Shown: positions 40,965-51,845 of the stretch, piece after piece
How the letters are laid out: each line of letters starts with the position of its first letter
Position numbering within the stretch: the first letter of the stretch is position 1
DNA from: an uncultured Chloroflexia bacterium
Lineage (GTDB): Bacteria; Chloroflexota; Limnocylindria; Limnocylindrales; CSP1-4
Direction: 5' to 3'
DNA: 64,000 nucleotides
NCBI GenBank assembly: GCA_963766735.1
Contig: CAVYBU010000007.1
Location: 384,001 to 448,000 of the forward strand
Translations under genes and position numbers: made by a program
The notes under the pieces: model-generated
What the model saw: the letters and a program-made list of their open reading frames with translations, nothing else
Told to the model about the DNA's origin: nothing
Databases searched by the model: none

Positions 40965-41745
40965 TCAGCCGGCGCCGTCTCCCGTCACCTGTCGCCCGCC
41001 TCCGGGCGGCGGCGGCGCCGTCGCCATCGCCCAGGGCTGGTCGGGCACCTTCGGACCAGTCGTTGAACAGCTCGGTCAGCCAGCGCCCGACGGGCCCGGG
41101 CGCGGGACGATCCGGGAAGTCCGCCGTCATCGCCAGCAGGGCACGTTCCGTGCGGGCCGTGAGCGCTGCGATGGCCTCCCGCGTCGGGCGGCCGCCGGCG
41201 TCAAGGGGCTCGCCAACGCGGACGCGGACGCGACGACGGAACCCGAGCCAGCTGGTGCCGTTGATCGCGAGCGGGATGATCGGTACGCCGGATCGGAGCG
41301 CAAAGTAGGCCGTCCCATCCGCCAGCGGAAGCAGCTCATGCTCGCCACGGTGGATCCTCCCCTCCCCTGCGATCAGGATCACCCACCCATCGTCCAGGAC
41401 CCGGCCGACGCGGCGGGTGGTCTCGATGAGATCGCTCTTCTCGGGCCGGTACGGGATGCCGAACCCCGCCCAGGAGATGAGGCGGTTCCTTGCGCCAACC
41501 GTCATGTCCGCCTCCTTGGGGCCGAACATGGCGAGCTTCGGCTCTGCCGGCATGGCAGCGAGCAGCACGATCGGATCGGTCCAGTTGAGGTGGTTGAAGC
41601 AGTAGATGGCCGGGCCCGAGGCAAAGCGCTCCCGCCCCTCGACCCGCAACTCGAGGACGAGCCCGACCACGGCCGTGCAGAACCACCGCACGAGACGCAC
41701 GCGGGCGGGCCGGTGAACCGGGCCGGGACTCAGGGGCTGGACCAC
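40965..41745 (-). CDS. Lysophospholipid acyltransferase (PlsC family); 3' end uncertain
   Basis: NHLNWTD (HX4D), AGEGRI, VPIIPLAING. As given the frame reads through to 40567 over the next gene; a 1-nt shift would end it at the TGA at 40965. Confidence 0.8.
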
Positions 41746-41777
41746 GGCGGCAGCATAGACACCCCGTCGCCGCCACG

Positions 41778-42497
41778 TCAGGGCCGAACGATCCTCGCCG
41801 CGGGCCCCGGATCAAGGTCCGAGATCCGGCCCAGCACGAGGTCCGCCAGCTCCACGGCACCGCGCGCCGGCGGGACGCTGGCGTTCGGCACCAGGGCGAC
41901 CGTCATGCCGGCGGACTTGCCGGCGCGGACGCCGTTGACGGAGTCCTCGATCACGAGGCAGCGGCCCGGATCGACGCCCAGGCGCGCCGCGGCGAGCAGG
42001 TAGACGGCCGGATCCGGTTTGCCGGCTGCCACGTCGTCGGAGGAGACGATCTCGTCCAGGATGTCGCGCAGGCCCAGGGCGTCAACCGCGGCCTCGATCA
42101 CCGCCCGGTGGGCCGACGACGCGATCGCAACGGGGTGGGTCTCGGCAACCCGACGCACCGTGTCGGCGGCTCCCGGGATGACCGGCAGCACGTCGGAGGT
42201 TCGGTACTTCTCCACGACGCCGGCGACGATCGCGTCCTGGATCGAGTCCTGGTCGAGATGTCCGAGATCCAGCCGCTCCCGCATGACCGCGGCCCACTCG
42301 CGCGAGTTCCCGCCCATGACAGCGTGCTGGTCATCCGGGCCCCACGGGCGATCGTTCTCGCGTGCGAAGCGGACCCGCACCTCGTCCCACCAGGGCTCGG
42401 TGTCAACGAGGACCCCATCCAGGTCGAACAGGACGGCATCAAACCACGGGGCGCCGCGTTGGGCACCGCGCTCCGCAGTTGGCTCGTTGTGGCGCAT
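41778..42497 (-). CDS. HAD family phosphatase (subfamily IA)
   Basis: FDLDGVLVDTE, GKPDP, IEDSVNG; AGGAG SD. Confidence 0.92.
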   Translation of the reverse strand: MRHNEPTAERGAQRGAPWFDAVLFDLDGVLVDTEPWWDEVRVRFARENDRPWGPDDQHAVMGGNSREWAAVMRERLDLGHLDQDSIQDAIVAGVVEKYRTSDVLPVIPGAADTVRRVAETHPVAIASSAHRAVIEAAVDALGLRDILDEIVSSDDVAAGKPDPAVYLLAAARLGVDPGRCLVIEDSVNGVRAGKSAGMTVALVPNASVPPARGAVELADLVLGRISDLDPGPAARIVRP

Positions 42498-42695
42498 CGA
42501 TTCTCCTGGTGAAGGCGCGACTCGACACGCCTCCCGGTCCGCCAAGGCTAGCGTGTCCGCGGTTCCGGACACGAGGACACGATGAGCCGTCCCTGGGGGC
42601 CGCTCGGAGGTTGGACAGGTGACGTCCGTCCTGTCGCTCGACAGCCGATTGCGCCATCATGGTCTCGCGGCTCCGGTGGCCGCGGAGGTGAGGCC

Positions 42696-43688
42696 ATGCA
42701 CGTCAATCGCGGACTCCTGGGGTGGGGCGTCTTCTTCATCACGCTGGGTTGCGTGCCGCTTGCCGTCCGGGCGGGCTACGTCGACGCGGATGCCGTCGCA
42801 CGGGCGTGGCAGCTGTGGCCTCTGATCCTCATCGGGATCGGCCTGGGCCTGCTGCTTCAACGGACGAAGGCAGCCGTGATCGGCGGGCTGGTGGTGGCCG
42901 TCACGTTCGGGTTGATGGCCGGCGGGCTCCTGGCCGGAGGCGTGCCGTCGATGGGCGGGATGACATCGTGCGGGTTCGGGCCGGCCGCCGACAACGGGTC
43001 TGCGTTCCCGACGCAGGACGGGTCCTTCGGCCAGGAGGCGAAGGTGGAGCTGGACCTCAACTGCGGCGAGCTCGCCCTGGTCAGCGCCGACGGCACGGGC
43101 TGGACGGTGGCCGGGACGAGCGACGGCGGGCGGCCGCCGGAGATCCAGGCCTCGGAGGCTCGCCTCACCGTGCGCGCCCCGGACCAGCCCGGTGTTGCCC
43201 TAGGGGTCCGAGGGTCGCGCTGGGACATCACGCTGCCGCGGCAGACGAGCCTGCGGCTCGCAGTGTCCGTCAACGCCGGGTCGGCCAATCTGGACCTGAC
43301 CGGGATGCGCGTGCCCAGCCTGGATGTCTCGGTCAACGCGGGTGACGCGACGGTCGACGCCTCGGGGCTGGTCGAGGCGGCATCGGTCAGCGCCGGCGCC
43401 AACGCCGGCTCCCTGACGATCTCGCTGCCGGTGCCGAGCACGAACCTGCAGGGTGACCTTTCGGTGAACGTGGGCTCGATCGAGGTCTGCGTGCCCGACG
43501 GCGTAGGCCTCCGGATCCGCGCGGGCGAGGATGCCATCGGATCGAACAACTTCGGCGACCGAGGGATGGTCCGGGTCGGTGACACCTGGGCGCGTCCGGG
43601 CTACGAAGCTGCGACCGCGCACATCGACCTGACCGCCAGTGCAAACCTTGGCAGCATCACCCTGAACCCGGAGTCCGGCTGTGAATGA
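42696..43688 (+). CDS. LiaF/DUF5668-type TM region plus DUF4097-like beta-repeat domain
   Basis: WQLWPLILIGIG TM motif; repeated VSVNAG beta units. Confidence 0.75.
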   Translation: MHVNRGLLGWGVFFITLGCVPLAVRAGYVDADAVARAWQLWPLILIGIGLGLLLQRTKAAVIGGLVVAVTFGLMAGGLLAGGVPSMGGMTSCGFGPAADNGSAFPTQDGSFGQEAKVELDLNCGELALVSADGTGWTVAGTSDGGRPPEIQASEARLTVRAPDQPGVALGVRGSRWDITLPRQTSLRLAVSVNAGSANLDLTGMRVPSLDVSVNAGDATVDASGLVEAASVSAGANAGSLTISLPVPSTNLQGDLSVNVGSIEVCVPDGVGLRIRAGEDAIGSNNFGDRGMVRVGDTWARPGYEAATAHIDLTASANLGSITLNPESGCE

Positions 43689-44220
43689 ACGTCTCTACCG
43701 CTCCCCGTCCGACCGCATGATCGCGGGAGTTGCGGGTGGCCTGGCGATCTGGCTCAACATCGACCCGTCGCTGGTCCGCATCGCCTGGGTTCTCCTCGCC
43801 GTCTTCTCGGGCGGCATCTTCGCGCTGGTCTACTTCGTGATGATGATCGTGGTACCGCTGGCGCCGCCCGGATGGGTGCCGAGGCCGAGGGACGCCGGGG
43901 TCTGGCCTCCCCCGCCGGGTACCGAGCCTGGGGATGGCCGGGCGCCGGCCAGCGGACCGGGACCGGGACCTGCGCAGGATCCCGGAACCACGGGCGGCTG
44001 GGCCACGCCGCCGCCGGCCTGGCCCACACCGCCGCGGGACTGGTCCGCCCAGCGGGCTGCCGGGAATGCCGGACTTGTCGCCGGCGGGGTGCTGGTGCTG
44101 GTGGGCCTCTGGTTCCTCGTCGATGAGTACGTCCGCATCGACTGGAGCCTGATCTGGCCGGTGGCGATCATCGCCGTGGGCTGCCTGCTCATCGTCGGCG
44201 CGGTCCGTCGGAGCCGGTGA
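43681..44220 (+). CDS. PspC domain protein with C-terminal LiaI/LiaF-like TM hairpin
   Basis: RLYRSPSDRMIAGVAGGLA...IDPSLVRI; IWPVAII. Confidence 0.9.
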   Translation: MNERLYRSPSDRMIAGVAGGLAIWLNIDPSLVRIAWVLLAVFSGGIFALVYFVMMIVVPLAPPGWVPRPRDAGVWPPPPGTEPGDGRAPASGPGPGPAQDPGTTGGWATPPPAWPTPPRDWSAQRAAGNAGLVAGGVLVLVGLWFLVDEYVRIDWSLIWPVAIIAVGCLLIVGAVRRSR

Positions 44221-45284
44221 CCGAGAGCACGGCAGTCGTCATCGCGCTGGCCGCCCTTGGCATCGCCAGCGGCCTGACCCTCCTCGGCCGAGGGCTGGCC
44301 GGATACAGGTCCAGCGCCCGGATCGCAGACACGGCGACGTCCCGGATCTCGTCCCTGGCCGCTGGCGAGGTGCGCGTCACCGGCACCATCGAACCGGCCG
44401 AGGTCACCCTGATCTCACCACTCCAGTCGCGGACGTGCGTCTGGTATCGCTCGAGCATTCACGTCAGTGGCGACGACACCCCCGACGAGATGGACGAGGA
44501 GCGCGGGATCGGGTTCCGCGTCCGTGACACCACGGGCAGCATCCGGGTCTTCCCCCGCGGCGCGCGGCTCGACGTCGCGGACCGCTTCGACGAAGGCGAC
44601 AGCAGCTTCGGCGACCCACCGGTGGGGCTGGAGCTGCGCGAGGGGTCGCCGCATGCCGCAACGACCTACGTGGACCGCGAGACGGCGATCGCCGAGCTGC
44701 TCACGGTTCGGCAGCCGGAGCCGGCGTTCGGCCGCGGGCTGCCGAGCATGGGACGCGACAACGGGAGCCGACGGTATCGCGAAGCGCGCCTGGAGCCAGG
44801 TGACGTCGTCACCATCGTGGGGACCGCGCTGCCGTTCGGTCACCTGGAGGATCCTGATGGCGCCGACCGGCTGGACCGGTTCGGGGACCCGCTGGCGGCC
44901 CTTGACGACCCCGTGCTGGCCGGGGAGATTGCCGCCGCCCGCGCCGCCGGCACGCTGCTCACGCCCGAAGAGGCGTGGGGGAACGCGGCGATCGAGGGGT
45001 TCGGGATCGGGCGGCCCGTGCGGGCGCCGGAGCTGGACCCCGGCGTTGCGGCGCCGGTCCTCGCCACGGCCGCGGAAGCCGCACACTTCGAGCGGACATT
45101 CGACCTTGAGCCGGATCTTCTGGTGCTGGCGGCGGGGCCGGACGCGCCGCTGGCGATCGCTGCCGGGACGCCGACTGACGCCGTGGCGCGTGAGCAGGGG
45201 CGGTTCCTGTTGGGGCTCCTGGGCGCGGTGATCGCGATCGGGTCCGCGATCCTGGGGGCCGTCGCGCTGTCCTCGCTGGCGTGA
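44217..45284 (+). CDS. GIDE-domain-like membrane protein
   Basis: IADTATSRISSLAAGEVRVTG, SPL..TCVWY, FRVRDTTGSIRV, REARLEPGDVVTIVG; TM at both ends; adjacent to lemA. Confidence 0.7.
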   Translation: MTESTAVVIALAALGIASGLTLLGRGLAGYRSSARIADTATSRISSLAAGEVRVTGTIEPAEVTLISPLQSRTCVWYRSSIHVSGDDTPDEMDEERGIGFRVRDTTGSIRVFPRGARLDVADRFDEGDSSFGDPPVGLELREGSPHAATTYVDRETAIAELLTVRQPEPAFGRGLPSMGRDNGSRRYREARLEPGDVVTIVGTALPFGHLEDPDGADRLDRFGDPLAALDDPVLAGEIAAARAAGTLLTPEEAWGNAAIEGFGIGRPVRAPELDPGVAAPVLATAAEAAHFERTFDLEPDLLVLAAGPDAPLAIAAGTPTDAVAREQGRFLLGLLGAVIAIGSAILGAVALSSLA

Positions 45285-45357
45285 GACGCAGAGGCGGGCT
45301 CCACCGGGCGGCAGCTGGCGTGCGCGGCCGGGCCGGTTGGCCGATGATGGCGCCACG

Positions 45358-45933
45358 ATGACCCCCAGCACTGCCGCCGCCCTGTTTGCCCTCGCAGTGG
45401 TCGCCGTCGTTGTCGGCTTCCTCGTCATCGCGACCTACAACGCCATCGTCGCCGCGAAGATCCGCATCGCAAGGGCGTGGGCCAACATCGACGTCGCGCT
45501 CAAGCAGCGCCACGACCAGCTCCCGAACCTCGTGCAGGCCGTCCGCGGCATCATGGAGCTCGAGCAGGACGTCCTGGAACGGGTCGCCGAGCTGCGAGCT
45601 GCCTACTCCGACCGGGATCCCATCCCCCGCCAGGCCGCGACGAGCGAGGCAACGAGCGCCGCCGTGCGCCAGCTGTTCGCCGTGGTCGAGAACTACCCGG
45701 AGCTGAGATCGGCCGACAACGTGCGCGCGCTCCAGGAGGAGATCAGCCGCCTGGAGGACGTCATCGGCGACCGGCGGGAGCTCTACAACAACCAGGTCTA
45801 CCTCTACAACGCACGGATCGCTCAGGTTCCCGCGAACCTGGTGGCGGGGCTGTTCGGCTGGACGCCGGCGCCGTTCTTCAAGACCGACGAGGAGGAGCGG
45901 GCGAGACCGGAGGTCGAGCTCGGCAGGGCCTGA
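45358..45933 (+). CDS. lemA: LemA family protein
   Basis: YN...AWANIDVALKQRHDQLPNLV, ENYPELRS, YNNQV..YN. Confidence 0.93.
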   Translation: MTPSTAAALFALAVVAVVVGFLVIATYNAIVAAKIRIARAWANIDVALKQRHDQLPNLVQAVRGIMELEQDVLERVAELRAAYSDRDPIPRQAATSEATSAAVRQLFAVVENYPELRSADNVRALQEEISRLEDVIGDRRELYNNQVYLYNARIAQVPANLVAGLFGWTPAPFFKTDEEERARPEVELGRA

Positions 45934-46098
45934 CGGGGACGCGTGGCCGGGACCGCCGCCGCCGTCGTCGGGAGCCCCGTTGCGGCGTGTCCCGCTGTCT
46001 GGCGAGCCCCTGTTGTCTGGCGCGCCGTACCCGCGCACCGCCCCGTCACCGGTGCGTCACGAATCGGGCCTAGACTGCGGGAACACGACGGAGGTCCC

Positions 46099-46752
46099 AT
46101 GCAGTTCCTGTTCAACAAGCCGTCCATGCCCGACGCCGGCGACGCCCTGCCCGGCCGTCCGGAGCCGCTGGAGGTTCCGGGCCACCACTTCGTCAGCGGC
46201 CGTCCGCTCGCCGGGCCCTACCCCGAGGGCCTCGCGATCGCCGACTTCGCCATGGGCTGCTACTGGGGCGCCGAGAAGAAGTTCTGGTCGATCCCCGGCG
46301 TCTGGGTGACGGCGGTCGGCTTCCAGGGCGGCGAGACGCCCAACCCGACCTACCCCGAGTCCTGCACCGGACATACCGGCCACGCCGAGGTGGTCCGGAT
46401 CGTGTTCGACCCCGCCGTCGTTTCGTACGAGCGGCTGCTCAAGGTGTTCTGGGAGTCGCACGACCCAACGCAGGGCATGCGCCAGGGGAACGACGTGGGC
46501 ACGCAGTACCGGTCCGCGATCTTCGCCCACGGCGAGGCGCAGCTGGCGGCCGCGAATGCGTCCCGCGATGCCTACGCGGCCGAGCTGACGAAGGCGGGCT
46601 ACGGGGCGATCACCACGGAGATTCGGCCGGCCCCCGAGTTCTTCTTCGCCGAGGATTACCACCAGCAGTACCTGGCCAGGAATCCCGATGGCTACGACTG
46701 CCACACGGCGACCGGCGTCGCCTGCCCGATCGGGCTCGAGGTCGAGGCGTAG
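46099..46752 (+). CDS. msrA: Peptide methionine sulfoxide reductase A
   Basis: [30 protein letters not shown]. Confidence 0.96.
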   Translation: MQFLFNKPSMPDAGDALPGRPEPLEVPGHHFVSGRPLAGPYPEGLAIADFAMGCYWGAEKKFWSIPGVWVTAVGFQGGETPNPTYPESCTGHTGHAEVVRIVFDPAVVSYERLLKVFWESHDPTQGMRQGNDVGTQYRSAIFAHGEAQLAAANASRDAYAAELTKAGYGAITTEIRPAPEFFFAEDYHQQYLARNPDGYDCHTATGVACPIGLEVEA

Positions 46753-46773
46753 ACCGCCAGGCGGTTCGAGGAC

Positions 46774-47238
46774 CTATGCGCGCTCCAGGTTCGCAGAAAT
46801 GGCGGCACGCAAGGCGTCGTGCTGAGGCCCAAGCGCTGACGAGGGGTCTCGCCACTTCTCCGGCGGGTAGAGCCATACCGGCCGCTGGATCAACTCGTCC
46901 GGCTCCCACCCGTAGCGAGGCCAGATGTGGGTGTGGAGGTAGTCGTCAGCGTTGCCGAGGATCTCGACGTTGACGCGACGGAACCCTGGATCGGCGGCAG
47001 CGCAGGCACGCTCGACTGCCGCCGCCAGCCTCGCCATGCTGTCGAGATACGCGCTCCGTTGATCCGGTCGCAGGTCTGAGAGGCGGGTGGCTGATGGGTC
47101 ATCTGACAGCAGGAGGCAGTAGCCCGGGAGCCATTGAACATCTCCGATGACCGCGAAGCCTGCGGGCATCCTGCATAGGACGGTCGGATTCTCGCCCCTG
47201 AGCGCGGAGCCGATGCGGTCGCTTGTCCAGTCCACCAT
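46774..47238 (-). CDS. HIT family (Ap4A hydrolase-like) protein
   Basis: GDVQWLPGYCLL, NVEILGN..YLHTHIWPRY. Confidence 0.82.
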   Translation of the reverse strand: MVDWTSDRIGSALRGENPTVLCRMPAGFAVIGDVQWLPGYCLLLSDDPSATRLSDLRPDQRSAYLDSMARLAAAVERACAAADPGFRRVNVEILGNADDYLHTHIWPRYGWEPDELIQRPVWLYPPEKWRDPSSALGPQHDALRAAISANLERA

Positions 47239-47547
47239 GCTGCGAATAGTGCCTGATGGATGTCGAGCGCCGCCCCCGAACTGAGCCGATGGGACGGAGG
47301 GCCCACCGCAGCCGCCGAACCGTTCGGGTCATCGTCGCGAAGGCGAGCTCGCCGGATCGCCACACGACGACTGTCCGTCTCGAGCCCAACGGGTCGTGAG
47401 TGACCCAGCCTGACGCCCTGTCGAGGCACGGCGAAGGCCGGCTCGCCACCCGCTCAGCGAGCGGGAGCGCTGCCGGACTGGGGCACGCTTGGAGCTCCAA
47501 CGCGGTTGGCTCTTGACGATCGGAGACGACCCGGCAAGAGTCTCGCC

Positions 47548-48054
47548 ATGGATTGGCTCGACGCCCTGCTGGTCAACACGGGATCGCTGTTCATCGTCAT
47601 GTCGCTCCTGGCGGTCATCATCCCCTCGTTGCGCCGAAGCGGCTCGTGGCGTGGCATCGGCGCCGCCTGGCTGGCGACCTTCGTCGCCACCCTCCTCGTC
47701 GCCTTCACCCACCTCGACGACTGGGCGCTGGACTGCAATCTGGGCGTGCTTCGGTCCGGGGTGACGGGAGGCACGCTGCTGAACCCGGGCGAACCGTGCA
47801 CCGGCGCGAACAGCCTGCCGCTGTGGCTCGTCGCGCTCCCGCCGCTGGTCGGCATCGCCATCCTGCTGGCCTGGGTCTGGCGCCACACCCGCCCGCTGCC
47901 GGCCACGCTGCGAACCATCGGCGCCCTGATCGCCGCGGCCGTCGTCATCGTCGGCCTGGGGCAGGTGAACGCGAACGTGGCCCTGCTCGCCGTGGTGGTG
48001 GTCGCAGTGGCGGTCTATGCCTGGCCCCGCCTCCGGCGGCAGCACGCGGCCTGA
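47548..48054 (+). CDS. Hypothetical membrane protein
   Basis: About five hydrophobic segments; paired Cys in a loop. Confidence 0.7.
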   Translation: MDWLDALLVNTGSLFIVMSLLAVIIPSLRRSGSWRGIGAAWLATFVATLLVAFTHLDDWALDCNLGVLRSGVTGGTLLNPGEPCTGANSLPLWLVALPPLVGIAILLAWVWRHTRPLPATLRTIGALIAAAVVIVGLGQVNANVALLAVVVVAVAVYAWPRLRRQHAA

Positions 48055-48133
48055 AGTCCGGGGCGCGGCGGGGACGCCCCAGGAAGACGGCTCGTCTCGG
48101 CGCCCGTCGCGATCGATCTCGCGCTGGTCGATC

Positions 48134-49367
48134 TCAGTCGTAGGCGGGATCGCGCCAGACCGGGCAGGTCATGCAGTGCCCGCCACCACGGCCGCGACCC
48201 AGCTCTGACCCGTCGATCTCCAGGACCCTGACGCCGGCCTTGCGCAGGCGGGCGTTGGTCCATTCGTTGCGGTCATAGGCGACGACCACGCCGGGCTCCA
48301 GGGCAACCACGTTGTTGCCGTCATCCCACTGCTCGCGTTCCTGTTCGAAGGCGTCGCCACCGGTGGGGATGGTGCGCAGCTCCCTGAGACCGAGCGCGTC
48401 GGCGACGGTCTCGACCCAGCCCCTCGTCTCGATCGTCACGTCCAGCTTGCCGCCGATCGCCGGGCCGGTAGCTGATGGGCTGGATGGCCGCCACCGCCGG
48501 CTCGTAGACGGTCACGAGGTCGCGATCGCAGAACGAGAAGATCGTGTCGAGGTGCATGCTGGCGCGGTCGGCCGGCATCTTGGCGGCGATCACCCGCTCT
48601 GCGACGCCCTTGGCGAAGAGCGCCTGCGCAACCTGGCCGACGGCCTGGTAGGTGGTGCGCTCGCCCATGCCCACGAGCACGATGCCCTTGCCGACGGGCA
48701 TGACGTCGCCGCCCTCGAGGTTGGCGTTGCCGTGGTCACCGTCATCGGGATCGCCCCACCAGATCTCGAAGTCGCCATCCTTGAACTCGGAGTGGTACTT
48801 GTAGATCGCGGCGAGGTGCAGCGCCTCCTTGCGGCGCGCCGGCCAGAACATCGGATTGATCGTCACGCCACCGTAGATCCAGCATGAGCTGTCGCGGGTG
48901 AAGAGCTGGTTGGGGAGCGGAGCCAGGACGAAGTCCGTCGCACCCCACGCCTGCTGCATCCAGTGGCGAAGGTCCTTGGGCAGCTCGGTGACCGCCACTC
49001 CGCCGATGAGGTGTGAGACGAGCTTCTGCGAATCCATCTCGTCCATCCAGGCGCGAAGCTCGTGGATGCCACTGACACCGACCTCGTCCGCGACGAGCTT
49101 GCGATCGAGGACGTAGGCGCGGCCCTCGGGGTCGTCCATGACGTCCTTGAGCAACTCGTGGACGCGGTACACCGTGATCCCGAACTCTTCCCGCATGAGG
49201 TCCACGAACCCATCGTGGTGCATGCGGGCCTTGCGGCTCCAGATGACGTCGTCGAAGAGCAGCTCGGCGGCGTTGGTCGGCGTCAGGCGGCGCATCTCCA
49301 GGCCGGGCCGATGGACGATGACCTTGCGCAGCTTGCCGACTTCGGAATGAGCGCCGAACTCAGACAC
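48134..49367 (-). pseudogene. arcA: Arginine deiminase, frameshifted near 48453 (possibly sequencing error)
   Basis: HSEVGKL, LLFDD, FTRD, EGGD, MHLDT in ORF 48321..49367; EQWDDG and [13 protein letters not shown] in ORF 48134..48439. Confidence 0.9.
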
Positions 49368-49403
49368 GCGATGACTCCTTGCCGCCGGACGGGGTGGTCG
49401 GCA

Positions 49404-50406
49404 CTAGGACCCGAGGGTCGCGACCATGACCGCCTTGATGGTGTGGAGCCGGTTCTCGGCCTGGTCGAAGGCGACGCTGGCGGGCGACTCGAAGACCTCG
49501 TGGCTGACCTCCAGCCCGTCGGGCATGTCGGTGGCTTCCATCATCTCCCTGCCCGCGATCGTGTGGATGTCGTGGAACGCCGGCAGGCAGTGCATGAACT
49601 TCACGTCGTCAGTTGCCGGCCCGGGCCATGAGGCGGCTGTTGACCTGGTACGGCTTCAGCAGCGAGACGCGCTCGTTCCAGACGTCCTTGGACTCGCCCA
49701 TCGAGACCCACACGTCGGTGTGGATGAAGTCGACGCCCTCAACGGCTGCGGGGTCGTCGCTGACCGTGATCCTGGCGCCGGTGGTGGCCGCGATGTCCCG
49801 GGCGATCTCGAGCACGTCCGCCGGCGGTGCCAGCTGCTTGGGCCCGACCAGCCGGATGTCGCTGCCGAGCAACGCCGCGGTGACCAGGTGCGAGCGGCCC
49901 ATGTTGAAGCGCAGGTCGCCCATGAAGGCGTAGCTGAGCTGGTCGTAGTCCTTGCCGCTGGACTCGCCCATGGTCAGGAAGTCGGCCAGCATCTGGGTCG
50001 GATGCCACTCATCGGTGAGGCCGTTGTAGACCGGTACGCCCGCGGACTCCGCGAGCACCTCGACGTCGGCCTGGGCCTTGCCGCGGTACTCGAGGGCGTC
50101 GTAGTAGCGACCCAGGACCCTCGCCGTGTCCGCCACGGACTCCTTGTGGCCCAGCTGAGAGCTCACGGGGTCCAGGTACGTGACGTGTGCACCCTGGTCG
50201 TAGGAGGCCACCTCGAATGCGCAGCGCGTGCGCGTCGAGCTCTTCTCGAAGATCAGGGCGATGTTCTTGCCCTTCAGGCGCTGGACCTCGGTGCCGGCGT
50301 ACTTGGCGGTCTTGAGGTCGGCCGAGAGCTTGAGCAGGAAGCGCAGCTCCCCGGGCGTGAAGTCGATCTCCTTGACGAAGCTGCGGTTCCTGAGGTTGAC
50401 GGGCAC
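49404..50406 (-). pseudogene. argF: Ornithine carbamoyltransferase, frameshifted near 49611 (possibly sequencing error)
   Basis: STRTR, HPTQ, DVWVSMG, then FMHCLP and QAENR in the shifted frame (AAC-T-GAC GAC GTG). Confidence 0.9.
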
Positions 50407-50552
50407 GACTGGTCTCCTTCCGGGCGGTGATCAGGCTGGGGTCGTATCCGCGGAATGCGCGGATCCGGCGGCTGGGCTGGTGGGTGGGCGATGCGCTCCT
50501 GGTCCGTGGCGATCCGCGCCTGCGATGGCGCGCCCGGGCTGACGGATCGGCC

Positions 50553-51041
50553 TCACGGTGCGGTGGTCTGCCCCCGCGCACGGGTCGCCCAGGTGAGGAC
50601 GGCCACCGCGACGATCACGGACGAGACGGCCAGGCCGAGACCCAGGATCTCGAGGTCTCCCTTCCATTCGACCGCCTGCCCGAGGAACGCCACCAGCAGG
50701 GCGACGACGATCACCTCCGTCAGGTTCTCCTTGAGGTCGTCGAGCGACTCGATCCTCAGCCAGCCGGGGAGGGGCAGGTCAGGGTGGACGAACAGCTGGT
50801 ACAGCCCGGCCGAGATGACGAACAGGACGGTGCCGATCAGGAAGATGTCGATGATTGCCACGGTGTCGGCGATCAGGCTCTTGCTCGCCGCGGCCGAGAC
50901 GTCACCGGCCCGGAGCAGGTCCGCGATGACGGCCACCACCCGGATGAGCCCGAACACCTGGAGCGTCGCAGACGCGACGAAGGCGCCCAGCACCGCCAGG
51001 ATGATCAGGAATCGGCTGGTGCCGAGGATGTTGCGGATCAT
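50553..51041 (-). CDS. YqhA/UPF0114 family membrane protein
   Basis: SRFLII, IDIFLIG..L..ISAGLYQLF, LP.WL.IESLDDLK. Confidence 0.85.
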   Translation of the reverse strand: MIRNILGTSRFLIILAVLGAFVASATLQVFGLIRVVAVIADLLRAGDVSAAASKSLIADTVAIIDIFLIGTVLFVISAGLYQLFVHPDLPLPGWLRIESLDDLKENLTEVIVVALLVAFLGQAVEWKGDLEILGLGLAVSSVIVAVAVLTWATRARGQTTAP

Positions 51042-51092
51042 GGCAGCGACGATCGTACCCGATGGGCTGGGCCCGGAGCCGTGCTCGCGACG

Positions 51093-51839
51093 TCAGCCGG
51101 CGTCGCCCGGGGCGTCGGCACCGGGTCCGATCGCCGGCAGCCCGTCGATCACGAGGTCAGCGCGTCCCTCCGTCCGCTCGATCAGGCGGGCGTTGGCCTC
51201 GTCGCTGCGGTGGACCCAGTCGTGCGCGTGGTCCGGCGACTTGCCGTGCTCGATGTGGCGACGGATCAGGCGCTCCACGCGCGTCTCGTCCGAGCGCAGA
51301 TACCAGGCCTCGTCCAGGAGGGGGCGAGCGGCGGCCCACGGCTCCTCCGCGAGCAGCAGGTAGTTGCCCTCGGTCACGACCAGTGGGATCTCGCGCGGGA
51401 CGGTGATGGCGTCCGGGACGACGGAGTCCGCATGCCGGTCGAAGGCGGGGGCCAGGACCACGTCCTCTCGGGCGTCGCGAAGGCGGCGCAGGAGCGCGAG
51501 GAAGGCGACGGCATCGAACGTGGCGGGAGCGCCCTTGCGGTCCCGCAACCCCACCCGGACGAGGTCGTCGTTCGCCAGGTGGAACCCGTCCATCGGGACG
51601 AGGATGGCGGCTTCGCCCAGCGCGCGACAGACGGCCTCGGCCAGGGTGGACTTGCCGGCGCCCGGTGGCCCGACGATGCCCAGGATGTGCCGCTGGCCCG
51701 GTACGGCCAGCGCGCGGGCCCGCCGGACGAGGTCCTCCATCGGCGGGCGGCGGAGGACGGGAGGACCCGGCGGGTTCGGCGGCGCTGGCGGGCCCGGCGA
51801 GGCGGACTGGCCCGGCGGGTTCGGCGGGACCGGCGTCAT
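51093..51839 (-). CDS. P-loop nucleoside/pantothenate kinase-like protein (FrcK-type)
   Basis: GPPGAGKST, PMDGFH, RKGAPATFD, EGNYLL. Confidence 0.88.
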   Translation of the reverse strand: MTPVPPNPPGQSASPGPPAPPNPPGPPVLRRPPMEDLVRRARALAVPGQRHILGIVGPPGAGKSTLAEAVCRALGEAAILVPMDGFHLANDDLVRVGLRDRKGAPATFDAVAFLALLRRLRDAREDVVLAPAFDRHADSVVPDAITVPREIPLVVTEGNYLLLAEEPWAAARPLLDEAWYLRSDETRVERLIRRHIEHGKSPDHAHDWVHRSDEANARLIERTEGRADLVIDGLPAIGPGADAPGDAG

Positions 51840-51845
51840 CGCCAA

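Noticed and set aside
45960-46025. Short direct repeats (GAGCCCC-GTTG, TGTCTGGCG) between lemA and msrA
   Set aside because: Two short imperfect copies in GC-rich DNA; compatible with chance or local slippage.
48440-49615. Programmed frameshifting or selenocysteine read-through in arcA/argF
   Set aside because: The argF TGA is followed by a frame change, not an in-frame continuation; no slippery sequence or SECIS-like hairpin is evident.
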